The notes under the pieces: generated by a model
What the model saw: the letters and a program-made list of their open reading frames with translations, nothing else
The model's database searches: none
What the model was told of the DNA's origin: nothing
Part shown: positions 1 to 10,684 of the stretch, one piece after another
Layout of the letters: every line of letters starts with the position of its first letter
Numbering within the stretch: the stretch's first letter is position 1
NCBI GenBank assembly: GCA_017383445.1
Contig: JAFNXQ010000020.1
Span: 35,561 to 99,560, forward strand
Length of the DNA: 64,000 nucleotides
DNA from: Alistipes sp.
Lineage (GTDB): Bacteria > Bacteroidota > Bacteroidia > Bacteroidales > Rikenellaceae
Direction of reading: 5' to 3'
Position numbers and translations under genes: made by a program

Positions 1-1
1 C

Positions 2-982
2 ATCCGCACGCCGTGCGACCCCGATATAACCTTCTCGGACGACCCTCTGCGTATGATGCGAGCCATTAGGTTTGCTACGCAGTTAGGCTTCGACATCGAG
101 GAGGAGACCTTCGAGGCCATTGCCCGCAACAAGGAACGCATCAAGATAGTATCGAAGGAACGTATTCAGGTGGAGCTCAACAAGATAGTTCTTTCGCCCG
201 TGCCCTCTATCGGCTTCGATTTGCTGCACCTGACGGGTCTGCTGGAGCTGATTTTCCCCGAGATGGAACGCTTGTGCGGTGTTGAGAGGGTGGGTAACCA
301 CGCCCATAAGGATAACTTCCGCCACACGCTGAAGGTGCTGGATAATGTGGCACGCCGAAGTGACGATTTGTGGCTGCGTTGGGCGGCTGTCTTGCACGAC
401 ATTGCCAAGCCGCTGACGAAGGCCTACGACAAGAATATAGGCTGGACCTTCCACCAGCACGAGGTTGTCGGCTCGAAGATGGTACGTGATATCTTCCGCC
501 GTCTGAAACTGCCGCTGGGCGAGCCTATGAAGTTCGTGCAGAAGATGGTCTATCTGCATCTGCGACCCATCATCCTCTCCGAGGATATGGTTACCGACTC
601 GGCCGTAAGACGTCTGCTTTTTGAGGCGGGTGACGATGTGGAAAAGCTGATGACGCTGTGCGAGGCCGACATCACCTCGGGCATCGATGCCAAGGTGAAG
701 CGTTACCTTGCCAACTTCGAGCTGGTGCGTCGCAAGATGAAGGATTTGGAGGAACGCGACCGTATCCGCAACTTCCAGCCACCCATCACAGGCGATATCA
801 TTATGAAGTGCTACGCCTTGCAGCCCTGCAACATCATCGGCGAGATGAAGGAGATAATCAAGAATGCCATTCTCGATGGCGAGATACGCAACGACTACGA
901 CGAGGCGTATGCTCTGATGGAGAAGTTAGCCTCGGAGAGAGGTCTCACAAAGGTCTGCGACGTAAAGCCGGAGGAGAATTAA
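2..982 (+). CDS. cca: CCA tRNA nucleotidyltransferase / HD-domain protein, 5'-truncated by the window edge
   Basis: Frame is open from base 2 (IRTPCDPDITFSDDPLRMMRAIRF, the DDPLR..RAIRF motif of the PolyA/CCA family) and has an HD motif (LHDIAK). Confidence 0.9.
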   Translation: MRTPCDPDITFSDDPLRMMRAIRFATQLGFDIEEETFEAIARNKERIKIVSKERIQVELNKIVLSPVPSIGFDLLHLTGLLELIFPEMERLCGVERVGNHAHKDNFRHTLKVLDNVARRSDDLWLRWAAVLHDIAKPLTKAYDKNIGWTFHQHEVVGSKMVRDIFRRLKLPLGEPMKFVQKMVYLHLRPIILSEDMVTDSAVRRLLFEAGDDVEKLMTLCEADITSGIDAKVKRYLANFELVRRKMKDLEERDRIRNFQPPITGDIIMKCYALQPCNIIGEMKEIIKNAILDGEIRNDYDEAYALMEKLASERGLTKVCDVKPEEN

Positions 983-1027
983 AGTTTTCGGCTCGTTTAT
1001 TGCCTCTGATGCAATAAACTTCATGCT

Positions 1028-1588
1028 ATGAAAACTATCCTCTCTACGCTTTACTCTGCCCTTGCGAGGGCCTTTTCGCGTATAAATATCGTTGTGCTGC
1101 TCACCTCGTGTGTCGGAATCTATATCGCCTATCTCGTGGGCGTCTATGTCACAGGCTCGTTTCATCGGGTGTCGCAGTGGATGGGAGCACTGCTCTCGTG
1201 TACGTCGGTGGTCATCGTCTTGCAGTCGGGCAGCTATCGCGATGCCCTGCGTCCTGCGTGGATGCGTCTGCTGGGTACGTTTATTGGTGTGGTTATCGGC
1301 TACGCCTATCTCAAACTGTTTCATTTCACTGTTTTCGGGATGTTGTGTGCGGTGTTTCTGCTGGAGATGCTCTGTATGATGATAGGCATCTACACGAAGA
1401 GTCGCATAGCCACCATCACGCTTATCATCATACTGCTAATCACGCAGATAGAACCCAATATGGACCCCCTGACAAACTGTGCTCTGCGACTGTTCGAGTC
1501 GGCAGCGGGAGTGCTTGTCGGCGTGGTTCTGCTGTGGGTCATAGACCGCGGCGACCGACTCTTAAAACTTCATCGCCTGCCACGATAG
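1028..1588 (+). CDS. FUSC / aromatic-acid-exporter-like inner membrane protein
   Basis: Several TM segments with RLLGTFIG and LRLFESAAG motifs typical of FUSC-like proteins. Its 3' end overlaps the convergent ECF ATPase by 27 bp. Confidence 0.65.
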   Translation: MKTILSTLYSALARAFSRINIVVLLTSCVGIYIAYLVGVYVTGSFHRVSQWMGALLSCTSVVIVLQSGSYRDALRPAWMRLLGTFIGVVIGYAYLKLFHFTVFGMLCAVFLLEMLCMMIGIYTKSRIATITLIIILLITQIEPNMDPLTNCALRLFESAAGVLVGVVLLWVIDRGDRLLKLHRLPR

Positions 1589-2299
1589 GGGCCTCTCCAA
1601 TCCGCACCGTTCCAGCAGTGATGCATCGTCAAAAATCTTCTCCGTAGGGGCATCTGCCGCCACCACACCCTCGTTCAGAAGTATCGTGCGGGGGCAGAGG
1701 TCGGCTATCATATCCATATCGTGCGTGGCTATGAGCATCGTGTGGCGGAATCCCCGCAGCAACTCAATGAGCTGCCGCCGCGACCTCGGGTCAAGACCCG
1801 TCGTAGGCTCGTCAAGCAGCAGCAGGGAGGGAGTCATCGCCAGCACCGTAGCTATGGCTGTACGCCGTTTCTCGCCCCCCGACAACGTGTGCGGCTCCCG
1901 TCCTCGCAGATGCTCGATGCCCACCTCGTGCATCGCCTGCGAGGTGCGTGTTGCGACCTCCTCGTCGGTGAGGTGCATAAGTGACGGCCCGAAGGCTATA
2001 TCCTCCTCGACAGTAGGCATAAAGAGCTGATTGTCTGCATCCTGAAAGATAAGCCCCACCTGCTGGCGAATGGTTTGCAGGCTCTGTTCTGTTAGCCTCA
2101 CACCACCCACATCGACCCACCCCGAGGTGGGCATCAGCAGGCCGTTGCAGAGCATCAGCAGGGTCGATTTGCCGGCTCCGTTAGCACCGGCTATGGCGAC
2201 GTGCTCGCCGTGTTGCAGCGTGAACGACACACCCCGCAGGGCCTCCTCGGCGTGGGGATAATTAAAGTGTATATCGTTGAATGTCAGGTAGTGGTGCAT
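1562..2299 (-). CDS. ECF transporter ATPase (CbiO/NikO)
   Basis: Walker A GANGAGKST, LSGGEKRR signature, LLLDEPT, Q-loop FQDADNQ. Last gene of the M-Q-O set. Confidence 0.9.
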   Translation of the reverse strand: MHHYLTFNDIHFNYPHAEEALRGVSFTLQHGEHVAIAGANGAGKSTLLMLCNGLLMPTSGWVDVGGVRLTEQSLQTIRQQVGLIFQDADNQLFMPTVEEDIAFGPSLMHLTDEEVATRTSQAMHEVGIEHLRGREPHTLSGGEKRRTAIATVLAMTPSLLLLDEPTTGLDPRSRRQLIELLRGFRHTMLIATHDMDMIADLCPRTILLNEGVVAADAPTEKIFDDASLLERCGLERPLSWQAMKF

Positions 2300-2308
2300 A
2301 GCGAAAAA

Positions 2309-3109
2309 CTAAAAAATCATCTCGGCGAAGTGCAGCACACGCAGCAGGAGCAGCGTGCTGCACCACACCACAAGGTATGTGCTGTCCCTTCGTCGCCAAC
2401 GCTTGGTATGGCGGTAGGGCAGTTGTGGCATCTGCCCGACAAAGCCCCGCGAGGCCATAGCACGACCCACAGCCTCGCCCCGCCCAATGGAGAGGAGCAG
2501 AAGTCGCCCCGTGAGCCTTGCCCAGAGTGTCAGCGGCAAGGTTTTGCGACTGAACAGACGCGACTCCACAGCCTGTTGCAGGTGGAGAGCCTGCTCGACC
2601 ATCAGGCGTATGTATCGCAGCGTGAGATATATCTGCGAGGCCAGAATATGTGGTACTCCCAGCCTCTGCATAGCCCGACAGGTGCCATACAGACCCGTAG
2701 AGGCTATCACGACCACCACGCCCTGCACTGCGAGTATGCCTCGCAGAGTGATTGCGAGGAGTGTTATCCAGCCACGCGTGATGACCACGCCATAGACCTC
2801 CAGCATAGGCTCACGCTGATAGAAGATGTTGGGCAGGGCTATGAGGGCCACGAAGGGTATGATGATGAGTGACCGCCGCAGCACCTGACCATAGCCAATG
2901 CCGGCAGCAGCGGCCATAGTGATTGGATATATGGCAAAGAGCATCAGATTGGAGAGCCTCTCGGCGGGCAGCGAGAGCATCGTCAATAGAAATGTGAGCA
3001 GCACGACCAGCTTTGCCCTCGCATCTATCTGTGCAAGAGGCGTTTTCAGGCGTGCTGTATGCTCCGTGGCATCTATCAGATACAGAGCCTCGTATAGCCG
3101 CCGGCTCAT
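2309..3109 (-). CDS. ECF transporter T component (CbiQ/NikQ)
   Basis: IDARAKL N-terminal motif, LRYI and AMASRGF motifs, hydrophobic. Lies between the S component and the ATPase. Confidence 0.85.
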   Translation of the reverse strand: MSRRLYEALYLIDATEHTARLKTPLAQIDARAKLVVLLTFLLTMLSLPAERLSNLMLFAIYPITMAAAAGIGYGQVLRRSLIIIPFVALIALPNIFYQREPMLEVYGVVITRGWITLLAITLRGILAVQGVVVVIASTGLYGTCRAMQRLGVPHILASQIYLTLRYIRLMVEQALHLQQAVESRLFSRKTLPLTLWARLTGRLLLLSIGRGEAVGRAMASRGFVGQMPQLPYRHTKRWRRRDSTYLVVWCSTLLLLRVLHFAEMIF

Positions 3110-4095
3110 CGTCGGGGCTGATAACGGAATATGTAGGCGATGACAAACACCCCTAAAATGATAGCTCCGCTACCCAGTATGCCCGCCAGCGAGGTGTCGT
3201 AGTCGGGCATCAGAGCCGTCTGCTCCTGCATCTGTGCCGCTATGCGGTGATAGTTGGTATCGGGGTTGGCGAGTGTCGGGCTCTCGGCCACCTTTTCGAT
3301 AGACCACTCCAGGCCGTCGGGCTTCGACGAAGCGACCCACGAGAACGATGCTCCGATGATGAGGGCGGCAATGGCAAAGAGTGATATGACGCGTGCCGCA
3401 CGGTGTGCGACAGTCGGCTTTGTGTCGGAGAGGTTGTTCTCGAAGAGTATGTCGGGCCGATAGTGCCTCACAATGGCGAGAACGGCGGCTGTGGCGATAC
3501 CCTCACCGACACCTATGACGAGATGTATTACAACCATATAGACCAGAAACTGCCGCATAGGGAGTGCCGCCACGCCCGACAGAGCCGTCTCGGCCGAGAG
3601 AGCCGCCGCACCCAGCACAAGGGCTATGACCGAGGCTATGATGGAGGCTGCACTTATCCTTGCCGCCGAGGCGTTGGGGCATACCAGCGTTCTGAAAAAT
3701 ATGGGGTAGGCGACGAGGCACGACATAGCCGCCATATTTACTATGTTGCAGCCGAGAGCCAGAATACCGCCATCGGCAAATATCAGGGCCTGAATAATCA
3801 GCACCGACGAGAGAGTCAGGAAGGCGGCCCAGGGACCGAGTATGGCGGCAAGCAGTATGCCACCCACTATATGACCGCTTGACCCCGTGCCGGGAATCGT
3901 GAAGTTTATCATCTGTGCGGCAAAGACGAATGCCCCCAGCACACCCATAAGCGGAAAGAGATATTCGCGGCGTGTGGGGTTGAGTGTTGAGGCTTTACGG
4001 GTGCAAACCTCTATGGCTACGGCTATGAGGCTCACAGCCACAACTCCCGCCCCGGCGGCTACCGAGGGCGAGATCAGGGCGTCTGACATATGCAT
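3106..4095 (-). CDS. ECF Ni/Co substrate component CbiM/NikM fused to a PDGLE (NikN-like) domain
   Basis: Metal-binding N-terminus MHMSD, FAAQMINF..PG.GSSGH motif, C-terminal ASSKPDGLE. Confidence 0.88.
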   Translation of the reverse strand: MHMSDALISPSVAAGAGVVAVSLIAVAIEVCTRKASTLNPTRREYLFPLMGVLGAFVFAAQMINFTIPGTGSSGHIVGGILLAAILGPWAAFLTLSSVLIIQALIFADGGILALGCNIVNMAAMSCLVAYPIFFRTLVCPNASAARISAASIIASVIALVLGAAALSAETALSGVAALPMRQFLVYMVVIHLVIGVGEGIATAAVLAIVRHYRPDILFENNLSDTKPTVAHRAARVISLFAIAALIIGASFSWVASSKPDGLEWSIEKVAESPTLANPDTNYHRIAAQMQEQTALMPDYDTSLAGILGSGAIILGVFVIAYIFRYQPRR

Positions 4096-4125
4096 AACGT
4101 TGTTTTTTAAGCGTTAAAAACTCTT

Positions 4126-5169
4126 TTATTTCGACCTTTTTGAGCCGTGCCGTGCGAGGTGCGGCTTGTTCTCGACACTCCAGTTCGAGTGGTCTATCTC
4201 GGTCTGATAGTCGAGGCGTATCATAGGCAGCAGGAACAACCACGTCGCCACGCAGAAGGGGCCTGTGAGGGTGGGTATGCCCAGCGGCTGCATCACGATA
4301 TTCATCGCCGCCTGCACAAAGACCGTTACGATGATGCCCGTCAGCGACCATAGAGCCGATCGCCAGTTAGGCTTGTAGAAGACCGTTGCGAGGGCTATGG
4401 CCGTAAGTACGGGGCTGAATCCATACAGACCTCCTGCCACATCGCTGCCGGCAGCACGGAACGCTACGGCACAGAGCAACGCCACAGCAGAGCCTATCGC
4501 TGCCCACAATGCCGCCCAGCGGTCATTTACCGCAATGGCTATAAGCATAAGCAGACCCGCCTCCCACGAGTTAATCAGAAAGACCTGTGCCACCCCTTTG
4601 AGCCAGTATTCCAGCAGGTGCAGCGGCGGAATTGTCGATAGCGAGGTGAAGTGCGATGGCAGCGAGGGCGTGGACATATCGTCGATGGGTATGCCCTGCA
4701 TAGCACGTGCTGCGAGGAGGAATATCCAGGTACAAAGCACAAAGGGAAAGGTGAAGGAGTTCACCTTCCACGGAGCCATCACATTGTTAAGTCCCGATCG
4801 CACCCATGTAGTCATCGCCGCACATATTATGAGGGCTATCCACATACCTGTCGTCTCGCCTAAAAATGTCGGAAAGGCACAGCCGACCAGTATGCCGTTG
4901 AAGCCCCACAACCCCTGACGGCCGTCAGCGGCTGGGAGTCGCAGTATGTGTCCCGTGACCGACGATGTGGCAAGGCCGAGCAATGCTCCCCACGCCACCA
5001 TCATCTCGCCCTCACGCAGCGAGCCCCAGAATATGGCTATCAGAAAGAGCAGTCCGGTCCATACATTGTTCTGAAACATCACCTGTCCGGCACCCCGTAA
5101 AAGTTCGTCTATCACGTTGCGGGTGGTCTGCTCCGCAGACTCCGCCTCTAATGTCTTAATATCTTCCAT
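4126..5169 (-). CDS. Urea transporter (UT family, Yut/UreT-like)
   Basis: Two repeats with GAGQVMF/GVAQVFL and GLWGFN/GLYGFS, plus FTFPF/LTGPF. Directly downstream of ureD. Confidence 0.9.
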   Translation of the reverse strand: MEDIKTLEAESAEQTTRNVIDELLRGAGQVMFQNNVWTGLLFLIAIFWGSLREGEMMVAWGALLGLATSSVTGHILRLPAADGRQGLWGFNGILVGCAFPTFLGETTGMWIALIICAAMTTWVRSGLNNVMAPWKVNSFTFPFVLCTWIFLLAARAMQGIPIDDMSTPSLPSHFTSLSTIPPLHLLEYWLKGVAQVFLINSWEAGLLMLIAIAVNDRWAALWAAIGSAVALLCAVAFRAAGSDVAGGLYGFSPVLTAIALATVFYKPNWRSALWSLTGIIVTVFVQAAMNIVMQPLGIPTLTGPFCVATWLFLLPMIRLDYQTEIDHSNWSVENKPHLARHGSKRSK

Positions 5170-5178
5170 ATCAGTAAT

Positions 5179-6114
5179 TTATCTCCAAACAAAATCATCT
5201 CTCAAAGGTTTATGCTTCACCCTCTGCCTCACTCTCGATGCGAAGTGACGCACCAGCCGTTTTACCTTGTCGGTGCTGTTGCCCAGCACCTTGAACTGCA
5301 CGCCGCAGTGGTTGGGCAGCCGTGTGATGCCGCAGAGCAACTCCTCGGTGTGGTCTGAGAAGGGCGATGTGGCGTTGTATATGTCGTCGGCAATCGGCTC
5401 GTCGGCTATCACCACCACATTGGCAAATATCTCGTAGTCGCCCATAGCCCCTCTCCGCTGCGGATGGTGTCGGTGTGGCTCAACGACGAACTTCTCGCGA
5501 AAGAGCAGCTCGCCACCCTCCCTCTCTGCACGCATAGCCACCGACAGCAGGTCATAGTCGAACCTCTCGCCCGAGCCGTAGTGTCGCCGTCCGGGGAGGT
5601 ATATCTCGCCATAGAGCAGCACTGCCGAGTGGGCTATGGTTATCTGCGTGTCGGATATGTAACGCGAGTGCCGGCAGGGTATCACCGGCTCGGGCAGATA
5701 CTCCAAGTAGGAGCCCTCCTCCAGGCGTATATGTTGCCGCAGCGATGAGTAGTCGTGACGCATCTCGGCAATCTTCGTGGCGGCACCTGTCGAGAGGTGT
5801 ACCATTGCTCCGCGTCGCAGCGTGAATAGTTGCTCGTAGCGGTCGCCATCGAGGTTGGGGCCTCCCGACGAGAGTATATAGACACACGCCATATCGGGCA
5901 GCTGCTCGTCGAAGTAGAGAGCCTGCTGCACGATGAGTGGCACGCGGCGTTCCCAGTCGCGGAGTATTGTCCGCCCGTTGGCGTCGCACTCGAAGCCAAG
6001 CCGCAGAAAACCCGACTTACCCACTATGCCGGGTCGGGCATAGGGCGTCGGGCTGATGTAACGCAGAGCCTCGTGCGGAGTGTCGGTGTCGCTTCTGTGC
6101 CAGTCGCTAATCAT
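5179..6114 (-). CDS. ureD: Urease accessory protein UreD
   Basis: [26 protein letters not shown] and [10 protein letters not shown] motifs. Confidence 0.92.
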   Translation of the reverse strand: MISDWHRSDTDTPHEALRYISPTPYARPGIVGKSGFLRLGFECDANGRTILRDWERRVPLIVQQALYFDEQLPDMACVYILSSGGPNLDGDRYEQLFTLRRGAMVHLSTGAATKIAEMRHDYSSLRQHIRLEEGSYLEYLPEPVIPCRHSRYISDTQITIAHSAVLLYGEIYLPGRRHYGSGERFDYDLLSVAMRAEREGGELLFREKFVVEPHRHHPQRRGAMGDYEIFANVVVIADEPIADDIYNATSPFSDHTEELLCGITRLPNHCGVQFKVLGNSTDKVKRLVRHFASRVRQRVKHKPLRDDFVWR

Positions 6115-6748
6115 CGTTCCGTGAGGGTGTTATGTGGTCGAGCAGAGCCATACGCCGTATCATCTCGGTAAGTAAGTCTATGCCCTCGCCCGTCATACAG
6201 TTGGTGAAAACGAAGGGCTTGTTGCCACGCATCGCCTTCGAGTCGCGACGCATAACATCGAGGTCGGCATTGACGTATGGTGCGAGGTCAAATTTGTTGA
6301 TTACGAGTATGTCGGAGTGCGATATCCCCGGCCCGTCCTTGCGTGGTATCTTGTCGCCTGCCGCCACATCTATCACATAGATAAAGAAATCGACAAGTGC
6401 GGGTGAGAATGTGAGTGTCAGGTTGTCGCCACCCGACTCAATCAGCACCACATCGCCATCGGGGAAGCGACTCTCCATCTCCTCCACGGCGGCCAGATTC
6501 ATCGAGGGGTCCTCTCTTACGGCCGTGTGTGGGCAGGCACCCGTCTCTACGCCAATGATGCGTTCCTCGACCAAAATACCCTTCAACATACGCCTGACGT
6601 GCTGTGCATCCTCGGTGGTTACCACGTCGTTGGTGATAATCAGCACACGGTGGCTGGCATCCAGAAGTCGGGGCGTTATGGCCTCTATTATGGCGGTCTT
6701 GCCCGATCCTACGGGCCCGCCTATGCCTATTCTGCAAGTTGTATTCAT
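6107..6748 (-). CDS. ureG: Urease accessory GTPase UreG
   Basis: [10 protein letters not shown]-loop, ETGACPH, ESGGDNL, KIPRK, NKFD. Confidence 0.97.
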   Translation of the reverse strand: MNTTCRIGIGGPVGSGKTAIIEAITPRLLDASHRVLIITNDVVTTEDAQHVRRMLKGILVEERIIGVETGACPHTAVREDPSMNLAAVEEMESRFPDGDVVLIESGGDNLTLTFSPALVDFFIYVIDVAAGDKIPRKDGPGISHSDILVINKFDLAPYVNADLDVMRRDSKAMRGNKPFVFTNCMTGEGIDLLTEMIRRMALLDHITPSRNDD

Positions 6749-6755
6749 CTTTCAA

Positions 6756-7457
6756 TCAGTTCATAAACAAACGCTTATCTCCCTTTTCGTGGAGTGAAGC
6801 CATAATATCATATTGCGGTGCGAAGCTCTGCATATCCTCTATCGTGAGAGCTCTCGCCTCGGCAAGCAGAGGCTCTGTGAGCCCACACAACTCGCCTATG
6901 ATCTGCTGCGTTGCGATGTGCGTCACACGCATCGACCGCAGTGCCGCCGAGAGTATCATCATCACCGCCGAGTAACACAGCGAGGCGAACAACTCCTCCT
7001 CGCCGATACCGAATACGGAGGCAATGATGCCCTGCGATACGGCACAACATCCTGCGACCTCTCCACGGCGTATGTCGTCGTGCCAGCGTAGCAGGGTCGC
7101 ATCTGACGAGAGTGCCACACCCAGCTCTGCGAGCTTTCGTCCCATACGCTGCGTCATCAGTCGGGCCTCGCCTGACGCTTTGCTGCAAAAGAGCAGCTTG
7201 TCGGCACGCAGTATGTCGTCATAACGGCCTTTGTCGCAGGCTTTGAGGGCGTGCAGTGCCGCCACACCGTCGGAGAGTGCCGCCACCCGCAAAACCTCGG
7301 TGCAGTACTCTTTCAGCGACTCCCTGTCGCCCACCACGCCCCACTCCACGGCACTCTCCAACGTGTTCGAGAAGGAGAAAGTGCCTATGGGTAGGGCCGA
7401 GTCCGAGAGTTGCAGCAGACGCATCACAACCGCTGCTGTGTGGCGGTTATCTCTCAT
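6756..7457 (-). CDS. ureF: Urease accessory protein UreF (start placed at ATG 7457)
   Basis: LLQLSDSALPIGTFSFSNTLE and C-terminal HE....RLFMN. This start overlaps the ureE stop by 11 bp. Confidence 0.92.
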   Translation of the reverse strand: MRDNRHTAAVVMRLLQLSDSALPIGTFSFSNTLESAVEWGVVGDRESLKEYCTEVLRVAALSDGVAALHALKACDKGRYDDILRADKLLFCSKASGEARLMTQRMGRKLAELGVALSSDATLLRWHDDIRRGEVAGCCAVSQGIIASVFGIGEEELFASLCYSAVMMILSAALRSMRVTHIATQQIIGELCGLTEPLLAEARALTIEDMQSFAPQYDIMASLHEKGDKRLFMN

Positions 7458-8016
7458 CGTGCCGGTGGTGTTCGTTATGCTCTTCTCCGCCAAACAGCCG
7501 CCGCAGCTCGTGTGGCGAGAGGTAGGGTATAATCTCCTTGCCGTTGCGGAACGAGAATGTTATGTTGGCGAAGTTGTGCGTACGCATAACACTCGACATA
7601 ACCTTTCGGTCCACCGTCAGCGGCACATACACCTTGCACCCCTTGACCACTGCGGGCCAGTGCTGGTTGCCGAGAGAGTGGCCGAGAGCCACCGCCGTAT
7701 GTATTATGTCGTCGGGCTGCTCGCCCAACAGCGGGCAAAGGTCAATCTCCATCACCTCGTTGAGGTCCATCCGCAGGACGGTCAGGCGAAGAGAAGCCTC
7801 GTCGCAGAGTATTATGTCGCCATCCTGCAGCCGCGTGTTGCGGGGCAGGGTTACGGCATACTCCTCGCCATTGGCGGCGTGAACCACAAAGCGGCTCTTC
7901 TGTGCCGTCCATTGGTCGAGCAGAATCTCCTCTATGGCGTACGATGCAAGGCGTGCGGCCCACTCGCGGTCGTGGATGTTGCCCAGAATTGTGTCGCAGA
8001 CTATCATACTATCCAA
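7447..8016 (-). CDS. ureE: Urease nickel chaperone UreE
   Basis: [17 protein letters not shown], His-rich tail EEHNEHHRH. Confidence 0.92.
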   Translation of the reverse strand: MDSMIVCDTILGNIHDREWAARLASYAIEEILLDQWTAQKSRFVVHAANGEEYAVTLPRNTRLQDGDIILCDEASLRLTVLRMDLNEVMEIDLCPLLGEQPDDIIHTAVALGHSLGNQHWPAVVKGCKVYVPLTVDRKVMSSVMRTHNFANITFSFRNGKEIIPYLSPHELRRLFGGEEHNEHHRHDER

Positions 8017-9727
8017 ACCAGTAGAGTTGCGACAGCGGGAACTTCTCGGCGGGCTTCACGTAGGCGTGTATGTTATTGACCATCACATCGAAATTCTCCG
8101 GATTGACATCTATGCGGGGCATTGCTCCGTTGCGTACCATATCGCCCTTCGAGAGCTGGCGTGTGCGGCGTACGGGCAGCACCTGACGACGCAGACCCAG
8201 ATGTTCGGCTATGTCGTTCTGGTGGGCCGCCTGCGACACAAACGATATGCAGCTCTTGGGCATAGCACCGCCAAAAGCACCGAACATCGGGCGATAGAGG
8301 CAGGGCTGGGGTGTGGGCAGCGAGGCGTTGGCATCGCCCATATTCGCCCAGCTTATCACGCCACCCTTGATGACCATCTTGGGCTTTGCACCGAAGAACT
8401 GCGGCTCCCACAGCACAAGGTCGGCTATCTTGCCCTTCTCCACCGAGCCTATGTAGTCCGCCACGCCGAATGTTATGGCGGGGTTTATCGTTATCTTGGC
8501 AATGTATCGCAGCACGCGGAAGTTGTCGTTCTCCGCAGAGTCCTCCTCCAGGCGTCCGCAGGCACTCTTCATGAACGAGGCCATCTGGAATGTACGCATA
8601 TACGACTCTCCCACTCGGCCCATCGCCTGCGAGTCGGACGATACCATCGACAATACGCCCAGATCGTGCAGCACATTCTCTGCCGCCTGTGTCTGTGGTC
8701 TTACGCGGCTCTCGGCGAAGGCTACATCCGACGGGATGTTGGGGTTGAGGTTGTGACATACCATAATCATATCAAAAAGCTCGGCCTGCGAATTTATGCC
8801 GAAGGGCAGTGTGGGATTTGTCGATGAGGGCAGCACGAAGGGCATCGATGCCACCTTCATCAGGTCGGGGGCGTGTCCTCCGCCGGCACCCTCGGTGTGG
8901 TAGGTGTGTATCGTGCGGCCATCTATGGCGGCTATGGTATCCTCTACATATCCCGCCTCGTTCAGCGTGTCGGTGTGTATTGCCACCTGCACATCGTATT
9001 TGTCGGCCACCTTCAGGGCTGTGCGTATGGCCTCGGGTGTTGAGCCCCAGTCCTCGTGTATCTTCAATCCGCAGGCACCCGCCTCAATCTGCTCCTTTAT
9101 GGAGGGCTTCGCCGAGCAGTTACCCTTGCCCAGCAGACCCACATTCACGGGCAGCTCCTCTGCTGCGAGCAGCATCTGCTCGGTGCACCAGCGTCCCGCT
9201 GTTATGGTCGTTCCGTTAGTGCCGTCCGAGGGGCCTATGCCACCACCTATGAGTGTCGTTATGCCGTTGCTCAGGGCCGAGTATGCCTGCTGTGGCGATA
9301 CGAAGTGAACGTGCCCATCGATGCCGCCGGCTGTGAGTATGAGATGCTCACCCGATATGGCATCGGTGGCGGCACCTGTGACGAGTTCGGGCGACACGCC
9401 ATCCATAATGTTGGGGTTGCCCGCCTTGCCTATGCCGGCTATGCGGCCATCCTTTATGCCCACGTCGGCCTTCACCACGCCCAAAACGGCATCTATGATT
9501 GTCACATTCGTTATCACCACGTCGAGAGCTCCCTGCTCCGATGTTATTGTGTTTGCCAGACCCATGCCGTCACGCAGCGTCTTGCCACCGCCATAGACCA
9601 CCTCGTCGCCATAGCGACGCATATCGCGTTCTATCTCCACATAGAGGTCGGTATCGCCCAGACGAATCTTGTCGCCAACGGTTGGGCCAAATAGGTTGTT
9701 GTACTCCTGTCGCGTAAGTTTTGCCAT
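8009..9727 (-). CDS. ureC: Urease subunit alpha
   Basis: [55 protein letters not shown] flap, SSDSQAMGR. All Ni ligands are present. Confidence 0.98.
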   Translation of the reverse strand: MAKLTRQEYNNLFGPTVGDKIRLGDTDLYVEIERDMRRYGDEVVYGGGKTLRDGMGLANTITSEQGALDVVITNVTIIDAVLGVVKADVGIKDGRIAGIGKAGNPNIMDGVSPELVTGAATDAISGEHLILTAGGIDGHVHFVSPQQAYSALSNGITTLIGGGIGPSDGTNGTTITAGRWCTEQMLLAAEELPVNVGLLGKGNCSAKPSIKEQIEAGACGLKIHEDWGSTPEAIRTALKVADKYDVQVAIHTDTLNEAGYVEDTIAAIDGRTIHTYHTEGAGGGHAPDLMKVASMPFVLPSSTNPTLPFGINSQAELFDMIMVCHNLNPNIPSDVAFAESRVRPQTQAAENVLHDLGVLSMVSSDSQAMGRVGESYMRTFQMASFMKSACGRLEEDSAENDNFRVLRYIAKITINPAITFGVADYIGSVEKGKIADLVLWEPQFFGAKPKMVIKGGVISWANMGDANASLPTPQPCLYRPMFGAFGGAMPKSCISFVSQAAHQNDIAEHLGLRRQVLPVRRTRQLSKGDMVRNGAMPRIDVNPENFDVMVNNIHAYVKPAEKFPLSQLYWFG

Positions 9728-9729
9728 AG

Positions 9730-10236
9730 TTACTCTTTTTTAGTGTTACACTTCTTGCAGCTGCATCTGAATCCCGCCTTGTGCATACGATGTATGGCAC
9801 GATGCTGTGTGGGCAGATATGTGGGGTTGTCCTCGCCTCCGGAGTATCCCTCGGTGAGGCCGTTGAAGCCTACTATGCGGCGTTTTCCGGCGTAGGCTAC
9901 CGCCTCGATGCTCTTCTCGTCACCCGGCTCAAAGCGTATGGCTGTTGTGGCGGGTATGTTCAGATGATAGCCGAAGGCCGCCTCGCGGTCAAATTCCAGA
10001 TAGCGGTTTACCTCAAAGAGGTGGAAGTGCGAGCCTACCTGTATGGGTCTATCGCCCGTGTTGCGTATTGTGAGGGTTATGGTCTGTCGTCCCTCGTTGT
10101 AAGTAATGTCGCCCTCACCAAGCACCACGCCTCCTGTCGGAGTGGGTTGTGTGGGCTGAAAACCCTTCTCGGCGGGATATAAACCCGTGTTCTGTGCTGT
10201 TGCCGTGCGGGATGTTCTCTTTTTCTCTGTTGTCAT
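9730..10236 (-). CDS. ureB: Urease subunit beta with N- and C-terminal extensions
   Basis: [31 protein letters not shown]. Confidence 0.96.
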   Translation of the reverse strand: MTTEKKRTSRTATAQNTGLYPAEKGFQPTQPTPTGGVVLGEGDITYNEGRQTITLTIRNTGDRPIQVGSHFHLFEVNRYLEFDREAAFGYHLNIPATTAIRFEPGDEKSIEAVAYAGKRRIVGFNGLTEGYSGGEDNPTYLPTQHRAIHRMHKAGFRCSCKKCNTKKE

Positions 10237-10243
10237 ATCGCTG

Positions 10244-10546
10244 CTATTTTATGGGGTGGTGAATACTCACAAGTCGTGAGCCGTCGGTGAAAACCGCCTC
10301 GACCTGCAATAGTTGAATCATATCGGCTACGCCCTCCATCACATCCTTTCGTGTGAGGAGCTTCGCCGCCTGGCTCATAACCTGCTCTACGGTCAGACCC
10401 TCGCGAGCACCCTCTATGGCTGCCGAGGTGATGTAGGCTACGGCCTCGGGGTGATTTAGTTTCAACCCCTTTTTCAATCGTCTTTCTGCTATCATTCCCA
10501 ACGACAGCAGCGTCAGCTTGTCAAGCTCTTTTGGTGTTAAATGCAT
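10244..10546 (-). CDS. ureA: Urease subunit gamma (100 aa; start at ATG 10546, not 10972)
   Basis: [41 protein letters not shown]. Confidence 0.96.
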   Translation of the reverse strand: MHLTPKELDKLTLLSLGMIAERRLKKGLKLNHPEAVAYITSAAIEGAREGLTVEQVMSQAAKLLTRKDVMEGVADMIQLLQVEAVFTDGSRLVSIHHPIK

Positions 10547-10579
10547 AATCAAAATAGTTTTGGTAATGCCCTTAGACAG

Positions 10580-10594
10580 GCAAAAGCTGTGCCA
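10580..10594 (-). promoter_or_regulatory. Sigma54 (-24/-12) promoter of the urease operon
   Basis: Minus strand reads TGGCACAGCTTTTGC, an exact GG-N10-GC consensus, ending 34 bp upstream of the ureA ATG. Confidence 0.75.
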
Positions 10595-10620
10595 ATGTGG
10601 TGCGTGAGGGCCGTGGCTTG

Positions 10621-10635
10621 TGGCACTGAATTTGA
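10621..10635 (+). promoter_or_regulatory. Probable sigma54-like promoter of crcB
   Basis: TGGCACTGAATTTGA has the correct spacing but GA instead of GC at -12. About 50 bp upstream of crcB. Confidence 0.45.
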
Positions 10636-10684
10636 ACGTGGTGATGCTGTAACCACGAACGATATAACCTAAAAAGAGAAAAGT

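Noticed and set aside
10638-10670. Fluoride riboswitch upstream of crcB (GGTGATGCTGTAACC resembles the 5' part)
   Set aside because: The conserved GTTC and the downstream TGATGAC-type pseudoknot segment are absent. A cmscan would settle it.
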